Shown: positions 1-10,885 of the stretch, in pieces
Position numbering within the stretch: the first letter of the stretch is position 1
Layout of the letters: each line of letters starts with the position of its first letter
NCBI GenBank assembly: GCA_947311445.1
Contig: CAMZKV010000037.1
Coordinates: 5,494 to 69,493, forward strand
Origin: an uncultured Chlorobiota bacterium
GTDB lineage: Bacteria; Bacteroidota; Bacteroidia; Bacteroidales; JAADGE01
DNA: 64,000 nucleotides
Direction of reading: 5' to 3'
Program-made: the position numbers and the translations under genes
The notes under the pieces: generated by a model
Told to the model about the DNA's origin: nothing
Seen by the model: the letters and a program-made list of their open reading frames with translations, nothing else
Databases searched by the model: none

Positions 1-107
1 ATTTCTTAGTGAGTTTCGGGAAATGACAAATCCTATAAAATTTGTCTGTATTTCAATTTTTTTGGCAAAGTTTTTGATTATGATAATTACAATAAAGAAT
101 TATAACA

Positions 108-656
108 ATGCACAAGCCATTAAATTTAAAAAATGAACTTGAAAAGATAACGGATAAACAAGAATTTTCCGGTTTTTTTTCTGTAATAAACGATAAAAAA
201 AAAAGAGGAGTATTGTTTATTCAAAATGGAAAACTTACAAATGCTTGCATCAGTAATGATTTTTATAAAAAAAAAGCCAGTGAGATTTTAGAGTGGAATA
301 CCAAAGATGTATTCTACAAAGAATGGAGTACAGATTTTGAAGTTAGTTTTAAATATATATATGAAGTACTCTGCTATGTTGAACTATTTTGTTTAAGTGT
401 TAGCTTGGATTTTGTTTTTAAAAATAAGCAAGTAAGAATTTTTTGTTCAGAAGGTTCAATTTCTAAGATTGAACCACAGCCTAACAATGTTTATACGTTC
501 TTTTATAATGTCCTTAACGAGAATAAAGGGAAATTTAAAATAAAAAAAATAAAACCACACATTAACAATCAGATTTTTTCTTTTACAGAAATTATTAATA
601 CAATAATAAAAACAAAAAAAAAAGTAACAATAAAACACCAATATCAAACAATATAG
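108..656 (+). CDS. Hypothetical protein with two tandem DUF4388/PATAN-like domains
   Basis: Two similar blocks (KRGVLFIQNGKLTNA...EILEW and KQVRIFCSEGSISKI...KGKFKI) resemble the beta-beta-beta-alpha DUF4388 pattern. Confidence 0.45.
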   Translation: MHKPLNLKNELEKITDKQEFSGFFSVINDKKKRGVLFIQNGKLTNACISNDFYKKKASEILEWNTKDVFYKEWSTDFEVSFKYIYEVLCYVELFCLSVSLDFVFKNKQVRIFCSEGSISKIEPQPNNVYTFFYNVLNENKGKFKIKKIKPHINNQIFSFTEIINTIIKTKKKVTIKHQYQTI

Positions 657-727
657 ATAAGAAAAACAATGAGATAAATATATTAAAGTTAAAAGAAAGA
701 AAAATAAACAATTTTAAAAACAAAGTT

Positions 728-1096
728 ATGGATGTAAAAAAATTAAACCAAGCAATTGAAGTATTGAAAGAAGATTTAAACGAAGCATTAATCTCGTCTG
801 ACATTTGGATTACAGGAACCGGACAGTCTATAGCAGCTTATAAAACTGAACCCAAGGCAACAGCTTTGTTTGAACAGGTTTCTGCTTATATGAAAAATGC
901 GTTAAAAGGTGCTGGGTTTCCCGGACTTAACAAGTATTATATGCTAGATTTAGAGGAAAATTCTATTATAATTGTTCTGCAATTTGAAAAATATCAATGG
1001 GGAATGCTTGTAAATGCTGAAAAAGTTCAATTAGGATTATTGCTAAATATTGCAATACCAAATGCAAGAAAAAACCTAAAAGCAGCAATAGAATAA
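728..1096 (+). CDS. Roadblock/LC7 (MglB-like) fold small protein
   Basis: 122 aa with helix, beta-hairpin (SDIWITGTGQS), helix (KATALFEQV), three strands (YYMLDL, IIIVLQF, WGMLV) and terminal LGLLLN..P helix, typical of Roadblock-like proteins. Confidence 0.5.
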   Translation: MDVKKLNQAIEVLKEDLNEALISSDIWITGTGQSIAAYKTEPKATALFEQVSAYMKNALKGAGFPGLNKYYMLDLEENSIIIVLQFEKYQWGMLVNAEKVQLGLLLNIAIPNARKNLKAAIE

Positions 1097-1143
1097 AAAA
1101 CTTATATGTTTAGTTTAAGGTTAAATCTGTTTTTGGCTTTTTT

Positions 1144-1180
1144 TAATCCGTATGACGATTTAAAGTCTTCATACGGATTA
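1144..1180. terminator. Hairpin, probable bidirectional terminator or REP-like element
   Basis: Perfect 12-bp stem taatccgtatga / tcatacggatta with a 13-nt loop, downstream of the roadblock-like gene. Confidence 0.55.
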
Positions 1181-1203
1181 TTGTTATGCCTATTATTTTT
1201 AAA

Positions 1204-1752
1204 TCAGTTTTTTCTCAATACTGTATCATCTCTTTTGATTGATATGGACAAATTAGAATATATATAACTAATTCTAGAGCTATACATATAAAATTTCTTA
1301 TTTGATTTTACTAAAGAGTCACATTTATGCATGAAAATATTTATATCGCATTTTAAAACATCTTTAAAAATATTCGCTACTTTATTATGCTGGTTTTTTA
1401 TCAAAGAAATAAAGCTGTCATAGTAACTTACTTTGTTTGAGAATAAAGATTAAATACATAAATTGTCAGTATAATTATTGAGATAGTCATTTTTTTTATC
1501 TTATTTGAATTTTTCTTTAATATAAAAGTTAAATAATTTATCAGGAGTACTATTATCTATCATTATTTAGGAATTTTAAAGCACTATCCAAATCTTCAAA
1601 ATGCTTAATTATATCAGTAACAATTTTTTATTTTTAAGTTCTTTATACAATTTATAAAATCCTTTTCGGTCAATAAACTTTTTTAGTACTATGTAAGAAA
1701 AAGTATCTTTAAGAGTTTTAGCATAATCTTCTTTTATTTGTTTTTTTTTCAT
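1204..1752 (-). pseudogene. Possible decayed, frameshifted ORF remnants next to the tRNA-Pro 3' end
   Basis: Protein-like segments join only across frameshifts: MKKKQIKEDYAKTLKDTF...FIDRKGFYKLYKELK...IIKHFEDLDSALKFLNNDR (1553-1752) and MTISIIILTIYVFNLYSQTK / SYYDSFISLIKNQH...VLRKN (1204-1490). Confidence 0.3.
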
Positions 1753-1839
1753 TAGTAATAAAGTTTGATTTTAATAATTTAACTAAAAAAGTACGAAATA
1801 AAAAAAAATAAAATGGAAAGTTGTGTGCAAATAGAAATG

Positions 1840-1869
1840 AAAAAGGTTTACAAATTAATGTAAACCTTT
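1840..1869 (-). terminator. Intrinsic terminator after tRNA-Pro
   Basis: Stem aaaggtttaca / tgtaaaccttt with a U-run on the minus strand. Confidence 0.65.
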
Positions 1870-1879
1870 GATTTTCAAG

Positions 1880-1954
1880 TCGGGGCGGCAGGATTCGAAC
1901 CTGCGACCCTCTGCTCCCAAAGCAGATGCGCTAACCGGGCTGCGCTACGCCCCG
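1880..1954 (-). tRNA. tRNA-Pro (TGG)
   Basis: Reverse complement CGGGGCG...TCTGC-TTTGGGA-GCAGA...GGTTCGAATCC...CGCCCCG-A folds as a cloverleaf with anticodon TGG. Confidence 0.97.
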
Positions 1955-2049
1955 AATGAATTTTTGCAATAAAACTAAACCCGTTTTTTTATTGCGAATG
2001 CAAAAGTAAAATAAAAATCTTAAAAAAAAACTTTTTCCTTTTTTAATTT

Positions 2050-2138
<89 letters not shown>

Positions 2139-2210
2139 TTAAAAGGGAGTGCAAATGTAAAATAATTATAAATTAAGACAAAAAAATAAGATAAAAAATG
2201 TTAAAAAAAA

Positions 2211-3473
2211 TTATTTTATTACAAAACGTGCAGTATGCCTACTTTTTTGGATTATTAAAACTTCTTTTTTATTTACCATTCTTTTAATAGACTCAGAATT
2301 GTAATGCCTAATTGTTATCAATGATAAGTTTTCATTAAATAAAACATTAAACATACTTTTTAATTTATTTATAAACTTAGGAATTTTAAACTTGTCATTT
2401 GTAACACAAACGGAGAAACTAATTGCTGAAGATTCCATTAAATTTACTTTTATAAGGTATTCTGAAAGCAATGAATATATCTTTACCAGATTATATTCTG
2501 TTATAAAAGAAAAATCTTTTGAAGAAATAGAAATTAATATTTGATTATCTTTAATTATGAAAATTGGAATATCTGGATAAAAGTTAGAATTAAATTTTGA
2601 AATATCAATAATTCTTGTTCCTTCTTCATTATCTTCATAAAAAGATTTAACTATTATTGGGATCTTTTTATTTTGAAGAGGCTTAATTGTTTTTGGGTGT
2701 AAAATTTTTGCACCATAGTATGCTTGCTCAACAGCTTCTTTATAAGACATCTCAGGAATCAGCTTACAATCAGCCATTTCAGAAGGGTCTGCATTATAAA
2801 TGCCATTAACTTCTTTCCAAAAAACAACTTCTTTAGCATTTACTGCAAAACCAACTATTGAAGCAGTAAAATCACTGCCTTCTCGCCCTAAGGTTGTAGC
2901 ATTACCATTTTTATCCGAAGAAATAAACCCCTGAGTTACACAAAAATTAAAATTACCTGAAATACAGTCTTTTTTTATATTTTTAATAGAAACTTCCCAA
3001 TTTACTTTTGCTTCTGTATGAACAGAATCTGTAATAATAACATTTCTTATATCGACATATCTACAGTTAAACTTTTGTTTTTTTAAAAATTCTGAAAGAA
3101 TAAATGAAGATAATAATTCTCCATAAGATACAATTTTGTCATATTCAAAATGATAATTATCGCTTAATCCTTTTTTAAAATAGTTCTCAATATTTTTAAA
3201 AACTTTTATAATTGAAATCTCAACATTTTTATTTTCAAATATTGAGTTTACTAAATTAAGATGAAAAGTTTTAATGTCATTAAAAACATTCCAATCAAAT
3301 TTATTTTCCGAAAAATAAATATTTAATAAGTTTTCAAATTTACTTGTAACTTTATAAAATGCAGAAAAAACAATAATTAATTTTTGATTTTCATATTTAT
3401 TCAATAAACTAACAAGTCTGAAAATATCATCCTTATTTCTTAAAATACCACCTCCAAATTTAAAAACTTTCAT
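2211..3473 (-). CDS. lysC: Aspartate kinase (monofunctional)
   Basis: KVFKFGG start, VSYGELLSS, TTLGREGSDFTA, PKILHPKTI-like motif, C-terminal ACT region. Confidence 0.9.
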   Translation of the reverse strand: MKVFKFGGGILRNKDDIFRLVSLLNKYENQKLIIVFSAFYKVTSKFENLLNIYFSENKFDWNVFNDIKTFHLNLVNSIFENKNVEISIIKVFKNIENYFKKGLSDNYHFEYDKIVSYGELLSSFILSEFLKKQKFNCRYVDIRNVIITDSVHTEAKVNWEVSIKNIKKDCISGNFNFCVTQGFISSDKNGNATTLGREGSDFTASIVGFAVNAKEVVFWKEVNGIYNADPSEMADCKLIPEMSYKEAVEQAYYGAKILHPKTIKPLQNKKIPIIVKSFYEDNEEGTRIIDISKFNSNFYPDIPIFIIKDNQILISISSKDFSFITEYNLVKIYSLLSEYLIKVNLMESSAISFSVCVTNDKFKIPKFINKLKSMFNVLFNENLSLITIRHYNSESIKRMVNKKEVLIIQKSRHTARFVIK

Positions 3474-3534
3474 TTTATATTATTTATATGTTGCCAAATA
3501 TCATAATTAATATCATAAATGAATAAAAAAAACT

Positions 3535-3542
3535 TATTTTTG
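3535..3542 (+). promoter_or_regulatory. Bacteroidota sigma-ABfr -7 element upstream of fbp
   Basis: TATTTTTG matches TAnnTTTG about 27 nt before the fbp ATG. Confidence 0.6.
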
Positions 3543-3569
3543 TGCAAATTTTAATAAAAATCTTAAATC

Positions 3570-4595
3570 ATGTCAGTTATAACATTAAATGAGTTTATTA
3601 TTGAAAGACAAGCTGATTTTCCCTATGCAAAAGGAGAATTAACAAGATTACTAACACATATAGGGGTTGCAGCTAAGGTTGTAAACAGAGAAGTTAATAA
3701 AGCAGGCTTGGTAGACATTTTAGGAGAAGCAGGCTCAGATAATATTCAAGGAGAGCAACAAAAAAAATTAGATGTTTACGCTGATGAAAAATTTATAAGT
3801 TCCCTTCGTTCAAGTGGAGAATGCTGTGGAATAGCATCAGAAGAAAACGAAAATGTTGTTGCATTTGATGATGAACTGGCAAAAAATGGGAAATACATTG
3901 TTACAATGGATCCTCTTGATGGTTCATCCAACATAGATGTAAATGTTTCAATAGGAACTATTTTCTCAATCTATAAGCGTATTTCTCCAATCGGGCATAA
4001 GGCAAAAATTGAAGATTTTATACAAGAAGGCACAAAACAACTTGCAGCCGGATATATAATTTATGGTTCATCAACCATGATGGTTTACACAACAGGAAGG
4101 GGAGTTAACGGTTTCACTTTAGACCCTTCAATAGGAGAGTTTTGTTTGTCGCATCCCGACATAAAAACACCTGTTTCTGGAAGCCTATATTCAATAAATG
4201 AAGGTAACTATATTAAATTTCCGGAAGGAGTAAAACAATATTTAAAATATTGCCAAGAAATTGATGAGCCCACTGGAAGACCATATACATCTAGATATAT
4301 TGGATCATTAGTTGCTGATTTTCATAGGAATTTATTAAAAGGTGGAATTTTTATTTATCCTAAATCTGCAGGATATCCTTCAGGAAAATTAAGACTTCTG
4401 TACGAATGTAACCCCATGGCAATGCTGGTTGAACAAGCAGGAGGAAAAGCTACTGACGGCAGAGGAAACAGAACAATGGATATAAAACCTAAGTCTCTTC
4501 ATCAAAGAGAACCTTTTTTTGTCGGTTCAAGAAATATGATAGACAAAGCTGAAAAATTTATGCTAAAATATGGTCATACAGAGCCTAAATTATAA
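3570..4595 (+). CDS. fbp: Class 1 fructose-1,6-bisphosphatase
   Basis: [50 protein letters not shown] motifs. Confidence 0.97.
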   Translation: MSVITLNEFIIERQADFPYAKGELTRLLTHIGVAAKVVNREVNKAGLVDILGEAGSDNIQGEQQKKLDVYADEKFISSLRSSGECCGIASEENENVVAFDDELAKNGKYIVTMDPLDGSSNIDVNVSIGTIFSIYKRISPIGHKAKIEDFIQEGTKQLAAGYIIYGSSTMMVYTTGRGVNGFTLDPSIGEFCLSHPDIKTPVSGSLYSINEGNYIKFPEGVKQYLKYCQEIDEPTGRPYTSRYIGSLVADFHRNLLKGGIFIYPKSAGYPSGKLRLLYECNPMAMLVEQAGGKATDGRGNRTMDIKPKSLHQREPFFVGSRNMIDKAEKFMLKYGHTEPKL

Positions 4596-4883
4596 AGCAT
4601 TTAGCATTTTCAATATTGCATGAAATAGTTTTCCTATTAGTATATTGAAAAAAATAAATTCAATAATAAATATTGGCTTGTGGGGTAGGGTGCAACTATA
4701 TTTATAAATCCTTAAGAATGCTAAGTTTTTAGTTTTTCAATCCTCTAAAAATAAAATATAAAAAAATAAACCAATAATCTTATTTTAACGACTTTGTAAT
4801 CAATTATTCAATACGTACTATAAAAGTATTATATCATAAACAATTACTTACAAAAATAATAGAAGAATCAGCAACTTACAAAT

Positions 4884-5747
4884 ATGAAAACAATCTTAGT
4901 TACAGGAGCTAATGGACAACTTGGAAATGAAATTAAAAAAGCATCTAATAAATTTAGTTTTTTTAATTTTTTATTTACGGATGTAAATACTCTTAATATT
5001 GCTGATGAAAAAGAACTTGAAGACTTCTTTTCATTAAATAAAATTAATTTCATTATAAATTGTGCTGCATATACAAATGTTGATAAAGCAGAAACGGAAA
5101 AAGATAAAGCAGAAAAAATTAATATTTTTGCAGTAGAAAACCTTGCTAAACTCTCAAAAAGACATAAAGCTCATTTAATTCATATTTCAACTGATTATGT
5201 TTTTGATGGAAATAGAAAAACTCCATACATAGAAACTGACAAAACAAACCCCCAGTCTATATATGGAAAAACTAAATTAGGAGGTGAAAATTCAGCAAAA
5301 AAAGCATATAAATATATTATTATTAGAACTTCATGGCTATATTCATCATTTGGAGATAACTTTGTTAAAACAATGTTGCGTTTAGGAGTCGATAAAGAGG
5401 AAATAAATGTAGTTTCAGACCAAATTGGTTCACCAACTTATGCAAAAGATTTAGCATTGATAATTTTAAAAATAATTTCAAAAACAAACAAAGATACTAA
5501 TAACTTCATTGAAGGCATTTTTCATTTTTCAAATGAAGGCATATGTTCTTGGCAAGAATTTGCAGCAGAAATTATGCAACAAAAAAAGTTTAAATGTAAA
5601 GTTAATCCTATTTCTACATCAGAATACCCAACTCCTGCTAAACGTCCAAAATACAGTTTATTAAACAAAACAAAAATAAAAAAAACTTTTAATATTGAAA
5701 TAAGAAATTGGAAAAGTGCTTTATCAGAATGTCTATCCCTTTTTTAA
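4884..5747 (+). CDS. rfbD: dTDP-4-dehydrorhamnose reductase
   Basis: GANGQLG, NCAAYTNVDKAE, HISTDYVFDG, YGKTK, DQIGSPT, RP.YS motifs. Confidence 0.95.
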   Translation: MKTILVTGANGQLGNEIKKASNKFSFFNFLFTDVNTLNIADEKELEDFFSLNKINFIINCAAYTNVDKAETEKDKAEKINIFAVENLAKLSKRHKAHLIHISTDYVFDGNRKTPYIETDKTNPQSIYGKTKLGGENSAKKAYKYIIIRTSWLYSSFGDNFVKTMLRLGVDKEEINVVSDQIGSPTYAKDLALIILKIISKTNKDTNNFIEGIFHFSNEGICSWQEFAAEIMQQKKFKCKVNPISTSEYPTPAKRPKYSLLNKTKIKKTFNIEIRNWKSALSECLSLF

Positions 5748-5886
5748 AATTAAAAAAAATATAAAAATTCTGTTTTATACTATAGAACAAGTCAAAAAAT
5801 GTTTTATAATAGGTAAATATATAACGATACTAACATCTTTTTTATTTACTTTGTAGAATTATAAAAAATAAACTAAACTTATTAAA

Positions 5887-7509
5887 ATGGCAAAATTAGA
5901 TTTAAGCAAATACGGAATTAATGATGTACAAACAATATATCATAATATTTCATATGAAGAATTATTCAAACATGAAACAGACAGCAAGTTAGAAGGCTTT
6001 GAGAAAGGTTATTTAACTAATCTTGATGCAGTTACAGTTGATACAGGTATTTTTACAGGACGTTCTCCGAAAGATAAATATATTGTAGAAGAAGATGAAA
6101 ACAAAGCTAATATTTGGTGGCGAAATGACCATAGACCTGCATCTGACAATAAACCTATTTCACAAGAAATTTGGGAAGACCTAAAAGCAAATAGTATAAA
6201 ACAATTATCAGGAAAAAAATTATATGTCCAAGATGGCTATGCCGGGGCAAATGAAAATACAAGACTTAAAGTAAGATTTATTGTTGAAGTTGCATGGCAA
6301 GCACATTTTGTAAAAAATATGTTTATCAGACCAAGCGATGCCGAGCTTGAAAACTTTGAACCGGATTTTGTAGTATTTAACTCTTCAAAAACTTCAAACC
6401 CAAAATGGAAAGAACACGGATTAAATAGTGAAGTTTATGCAGCATTTAATTTAAAAGAAAAAATGGCTGTTATTGGAGGTAGTTGGTATGGTGGAGAAAT
6501 GAAAAAAGGCATTTTCTCTGTAATGAATTATTATTTACCACTTAAAGGAATTGCAGCAATGCACTGCTCTGCAAATGTAGGTAAAGATGGAGATACTGCT
6601 ATTTTCTTTGGTCTTTCAGGAACAGGAAAAACTACTTTATCAGCAGATCCGAACAGAGCCTTAATTGGTGATGATGAACACGGATGGGACGATGAAGGCG
6701 TTTTCAATTTTGAAGGTGGATGTTATGCAAAAACTATTGACTTAGACCCTGAAAAAGAACCTGATATTTACAATGCAATTAGAAGAGATGCTCTTCTTGA
6801 AAACGTTGGTTTTGATGAAAATGGGGTAATTGATTTTGCAGATACATCAAAAACAAAAAACACAAGAGTTTCATATCCAATATATCATATTGAAAATATT
6901 GTAAAACCTGTTTCAAAAGCAGGACATGCAAAAAAAGTTATTTTCCTTACTGCTGATGCTTTTGGAGTTTTACCCCCAGTATCAAAATTAACACCAGACC
7001 AAATAAGATACCATTTTATTAGTGGCTACACTGCAAAAGTTGCAGGAACAGAAAGAGGAATTACAGAACCTGTACCTTCATTCTCAGCTTGTTTTGGAGC
7101 AGCATTCTTATTATTAGACCCAATTAAATATGCTGATGAGTTAATAAGAAAAATGGAAATGAACGGAGCAACCGGATATCTTGTAAATACAGGTTGGATT
7201 GGTGGTGCTTATGGTACTGGTAAACGTATTGATCTTCCTTCAACAAGAAATATTATAAATGCTATTCTTGATGGTTCTATTGATGAAGGTGAATTTGAAA
7301 ATATTCCGGTATTCAATCTTGCAGTACCAAAATCTGTAAAAAATGTTGACAGTAATTTATTAAACCCAAGAAACCTTTGGAATGACCCAAAAGACTGGGA
7401 TGCTGCCTCATTAGATTTAGCACAAAGATTTATTGATAACTTTGAATTCTTTACCGATAATGATGCAGCTAAGAAATTAGTAGATACAGCAGGACCGAAG
7501 ATAGTTTAA
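5887..7509 (+). CDS. pckA: Phosphoenolpyruvate carboxykinase (ATP)
   Basis: [54 protein letters not shown]. Confidence 0.98.
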   Translation: MAKLDLSKYGINDVQTIYHNISYEELFKHETDSKLEGFEKGYLTNLDAVTVDTGIFTGRSPKDKYIVEEDENKANIWWRNDHRPASDNKPISQEIWEDLKANSIKQLSGKKLYVQDGYAGANENTRLKVRFIVEVAWQAHFVKNMFIRPSDAELENFEPDFVVFNSSKTSNPKWKEHGLNSEVYAAFNLKEKMAVIGGSWYGGEMKKGIFSVMNYYLPLKGIAAMHCSANVGKDGDTAIFFGLSGTGKTTLSADPNRALIGDDEHGWDDEGVFNFEGGCYAKTIDLDPEKEPDIYNAIRRDALLENVGFDENGVIDFADTSKTKNTRVSYPIYHIENIVKPVSKAGHAKKVIFLTADAFGVLPPVSKLTPDQIRYHFISGYTAKVAGTERGITEPVPSFSACFGAAFLLLDPIKYADELIRKMEMNGATGYLVNTGWIGGAYGTGKRIDLPSTRNIINAILDGSIDEGEFENIPVFNLAVPKSVKNVDSNLLNPRNLWNDPKDWDAASLDLAQRFIDNFEFFTDNDAAKKLVDTAGPKIV

Positions 7510-7566
7510 TTTTTTACAACATTAATTAAAACCTTTATAGGTTTATAAATTTCTTTTTATTTATTA

Positions 7567-7600
7567 ATCACAGCAAATACAATTTGCTGTGATTTTTTTT
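7567..7600 (+). terminator. Intrinsic terminator of pckA
   Basis: aatcacagcaaat / atttgctgtgatt stem followed by a T-run. Confidence 0.8.
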
Positions 7601-7712
7601 TAATTTTGCGCTAAATAAATTATAATTTGTTTATTAGAAGTTTTTAGAAAGATACAAAAACATAAAGTTAAGGAGCAATTATATATTTTCAAACAATTAT
7701 TTCAGAATTAAA

Positions 7713-8051
7713 ATGATATTAAAAAATTTATTAAACATTGAAGATTTTAAATCAGTATTAGAAGATGAAGACGGAGTTTTAGTTTATTTTTCCCACGAAC
7801 AATGTAATGTTTGTAAAGTCTTAAAACCAAAAATCCATGAAATGCTTGGCTCAGACTTTCCTAAAATAAAAATGGTTTATGCAGATACTGTTAAAGTTCC
7901 TGAGATTGCAGGTCAGAATAGTGTTTTTACAGTTCCTACAATTATTTGCTTTTTTGCAGGGAAAGAAACTATTAGGAAAAGTAGAAATATAGGTATCGAA
8001 GAATTAAAAAATATGATTTCAAGACCATATGAAATGGTTTTTGAGATTTAA
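7713..8051 (+). CDS. Thioredoxin family protein
   Basis: CNVC active site, FTVPT cis-Pro motif; TAATTTTG -7 element at 7601-7608. Confidence 0.85.
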   Translation: MILKNLLNIEDFKSVLEDEDGVLVYFSHEQCNVCKVLKPKIHEMLGSDFPKIKMVYADTVKVPEIAGQNSVFTVPTIICFFAGKETIRKSRNIGIEELKNMISRPYEMVFEI

Positions 8052-8075
8052 AATATTTGGTTAATAAAAAAGCAT

Positions 8076-9218
8076 ATGGAAAAACTCAATTTTGATAATA
8101 TCCGTTCATATAGAGATGATGAAGTTAATGATAAATTAAGAAAACTTGTAAAAGATAAAGAGTTTATTTATATTCTGAGAAAAATTTTTACAGATGAAAG
8201 AATTGCAAATTTAAGTGAAGAGCTTAATGAAGTAAATTCGGTTTACGATTTTCAATCAAAATATATTTCATATTATGTAAAAAGTCTATTAGACTTGTCA
8301 ATTTCTGAACTTTCAATTTCGGGAATTGAGAAACTAAAAAAAAATAAATCATACCTTTTCATTTCTAATCATAGAGATATTATAATTGATTCGGCTCTAA
8401 TTAATGAAATTTTATTGTCAAATGGGTTCTCAACTTCCGAAAATGCAATAGGAAATAATCTTCTGATATACAAATGGATAGAAACTCTTGTCAGACTAAA
8501 CAAATCTTTTATAGTTAGACGAGATTTGGTTGGAAGAGAAATGCTACAAGCTTCAATTAAATTATCAGCATATATAAGAGATGCAATAACAAACAGAAAT
8601 ACATCAGTTTGGATAGCACAAAGAGAAGGAAGAACAAAAGATGGCAATGATGTAACAGAAGAAGCTTTACTAAAAATGTTAAACCTTAGTGGAACAAATA
8701 ATTTTGAGAAAGATTTCTCAGAACTTAATATTATCCCAATCAGTATTTCATACGAAACAGAACCTACCATAGAATCTAAAATTGCATCAACATACTCAAA
8801 TATAAAAGGTCTTAATAATGAAAAAACAGTTGATGACGATTTAACTGACATGGGAAGAGGTTTGTATAGTGCAAAAGGAAAAGTAACTGTTGTTTTTGGA
8901 GATGAAATTAATAATAATATTAAAAAACTTGACAAAATAGCAAACAGGAATGAAAAGATTAAACTTCTTTCAAAAATTATAGACAATAGTATTTATTCTA
9001 ATTTCAAATTAACAAAAAACAATTATATTGCTTTTGATATTCTTACAAACTCAAAAAAATGTTTAAAAGAAAATAAATATCAAAAAGCAGATGAAACTAA
9101 ACTTAGATTCCAATGTCAAAAAACAATTAGTACAATTGAAGGAGAAAAAGAATTATTAGAAAACATATTTTATAGGATTTATGCAAATCCTTTAATAAAT
9201 AAAATCCAAATCCCTTAA
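8076..9218 (+). CDS. PlsC-like glycerol/lysophospholipid acyltransferase
   Basis: NHRDIIID (HX4D), SFIVRR, WIAQREGRTKDG motifs. Confidence 0.85.
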   Translation: MEKLNFDNIRSYRDDEVNDKLRKLVKDKEFIYILRKIFTDERIANLSEELNEVNSVYDFQSKYISYYVKSLLDLSISELSISGIEKLKKNKSYLFISNHRDIIIDSALINEILLSNGFSTSENAIGNNLLIYKWIETLVRLNKSFIVRRDLVGREMLQASIKLSAYIRDAITNRNTSVWIAQREGRTKDGNDVTEEALLKMLNLSGTNNFEKDFSELNIIPISISYETEPTIESKIASTYSNIKGLNNEKTVDDDLTDMGRGLYSAKGKVTVVFGDEINNNIKKLDKIANRNEKIKLLSKIIDNSIYSNFKLTKNNYIAFDILTNSKKCLKENKYQKADETKLRFQCQKTISTIEGEKELLENIFYRIYANPLINKIQIP

Positions 9219-9355
9219 TAACAGTTATTTACTTTCAATTAAAAACCTAAATTATTTCTGTCTTTTTTTTGAGAAGCAGTATGAATTAGGGTTTTTTATT
9301 TTTTTTTATTATCTTGCACTCTAACTATTTTACATAACTAACAAAACAAACTACT

Positions 9356-9793
9356 ATGAAATATTTAAAACTGATAATCCCAGTTTTTTTACTTTGCTCA
9401 TTTTCAATAATAAGCTGCTTATCAGTTGATAAAGCTCAAATTACTGCCGATGAGTTTTTTGAAGCCCTTAATAATGAAAATGAAGAAAAAATGGAAGCCT
9501 TACTTGACCCTATATCTGTAATTGATGCAGGTATTAAAGATGATTTTTACAATGTCTTTAATCAACATAAACAAGGATTTGGAAAAGTAATATCTCATAA
9601 AAGATATGGATTTCACACAAGTACTAATGATGGAGTTACAACAGTTGCTCTAAAGTTCAAATGCGAAACAGAAAAAGGCTCACGATTATACGAAAGCCTA
9701 AAATTTGTAAAAAGAGGGAATAATTATAAAATTTATGAATATCAATACAATATTAGCCAGTTAGAAATTGACAGAGAAGACAATACAAATTAG
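9356..9793 (+). CDS. Hypothetical lipoprotein or exported protein (possibly NTF2-like fold)
   Basis: N-terminal hydrophobic segment with LLCS..ISC; helices then strands ending in L.FVK...YKI. Confidence 0.5.
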   Translation: MKYLKLIIPVFLLCSFSIISCLSVDKAQITADEFFEALNNENEEKMEALLDPISVIDAGIKDDFYNVFNQHKQGFGKVISHKRYGFHTSTNDGVTTVALKFKCETEKGSRLYESLKFVKRGNNYKIYEYQYNISQLEIDREDNTN

Positions 9794-9975
9794 AATTTTA
9801 TAAAAATAAAATCGTTATTGATGTTTTTAATTTTAAATCAAAGTGTGATAAAAAAAATGAGTTTGCAAACTTAAACCAGCTAGTCTTTTTCTATTAACCT
9901 TATTATAAAAAAATAAAATGGAAAATTTTAATATTATTAAGAAAAATCAACAATAACTAAAAAAATATTTAAATT

Positions 9976-10791
9976 ATGAAAAAACTATTTTCAATACTCG
10001 TATTAATCCTTTTTGTAAGTATTATTAATGCCCAAGAAGATTCAAAAAAAACAAATTACTTTTATGATATGAAGTTTGGAGAGCAGTATAATGTGTTTAT
10101 ATCTGCAAAAAACATTGTATCTAAACACAATTACTTAAAATTAGCATTAGAAATTCAAAATAAAACAGATGACTATATTTTATTTAAAGAAGACAAGTGT
10201 AAATTTGTAATTGATGAAAATTCATATTTTCCAAAGAAAAAAAAGAAAAATACTATAATAAAACCAAATAAGAAAAAGACAATAACTATTGCTTCCAAAA
10301 ATGCTACTAACTATTTGGTTGAAACATTTGATTTTCATCCGTCTGGAATATATATCTTTACTGAAAAAGGAGAAATTACTAAAACAGAACCTTTTCATCT
10401 TCCTCCGAATAAAAACCAAATTGAAGCAGGTTCTTTTAAAATTAATATGTTAAAACTTAAGAAGGAAACAAGTGAAACAGCTGTAAAATTCAAATTTACT
10501 TATACAGGAGATAAAGTTGCTGTAATTAATACTGCAAATTGCGTTTTGCGTACAAAAGATGGGAAAGAATGGGCAACAGTTAAGTCAAAATCAAAACCCT
10601 ATATTTTGCAAAAAAATGAAAGTAAAAGTTTTACTCTAATTTTTAAGATCCCAGGCAAAACAACAGATATGCAATTTGCTGAAATGGATATTTTATGGAA
10701 AAATACTTTTAGCGAATCAGATATAAAAGAACTTAATTTTGATATTCAAAGAACAAATATTGATGATGTAAAAACAAAAGAAAAGAATTAA
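9976..10791 (+). CDS. Secreted hypothetical protein with two beta-sandwich-like halves
   Basis: Signal peptide MKKLFSILVLILFVSIINA-Q; two similar segments (LEIQNKTDDYIL...IIKPNKKKTITI and FKFTYTGDKVAV...ILQKNESKSFTL). Confidence 0.55.
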   Translation: MKKLFSILVLILFVSIINAQEDSKKTNYFYDMKFGEQYNVFISAKNIVSKHNYLKLALEIQNKTDDYILFKEDKCKFVIDENSYFPKKKKKNTIIKPNKKKTITIASKNATNYLVETFDFHPSGIYIFTEKGEITKTEPFHLPPNKNQIEAGSFKINMLKLKKETSETAVKFKFTYTGDKVAVINTANCVLRTKDGKEWATVKSKSKPYILQKNESKSFTLIFKIPGKTTDMQFAEMDILWKNTFSESDIKELNFDIQRTNIDDVKTKEKN

Positions 10792-10885
10792 TAACTTTCT
10801 CAACAAGCAAAACCAAATAAAAAAGATATTAAATTTGTTTTCTATATATTAATATGACAATAAAAAACTCTTCTAAACTAAAAAT

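Noticed and set aside
3400-3570. Lysine riboswitch upstream of lysC
   Set aside because: The lysC-fbp spacer is under 100 nt, too short for the element, and lacks its conserved motifs
9240-9300. Structured RNA after the acyltransferase gene
   Set aside because: Imperfect AT-rich stem with a T-run, adequately explained as a terminator; no other support
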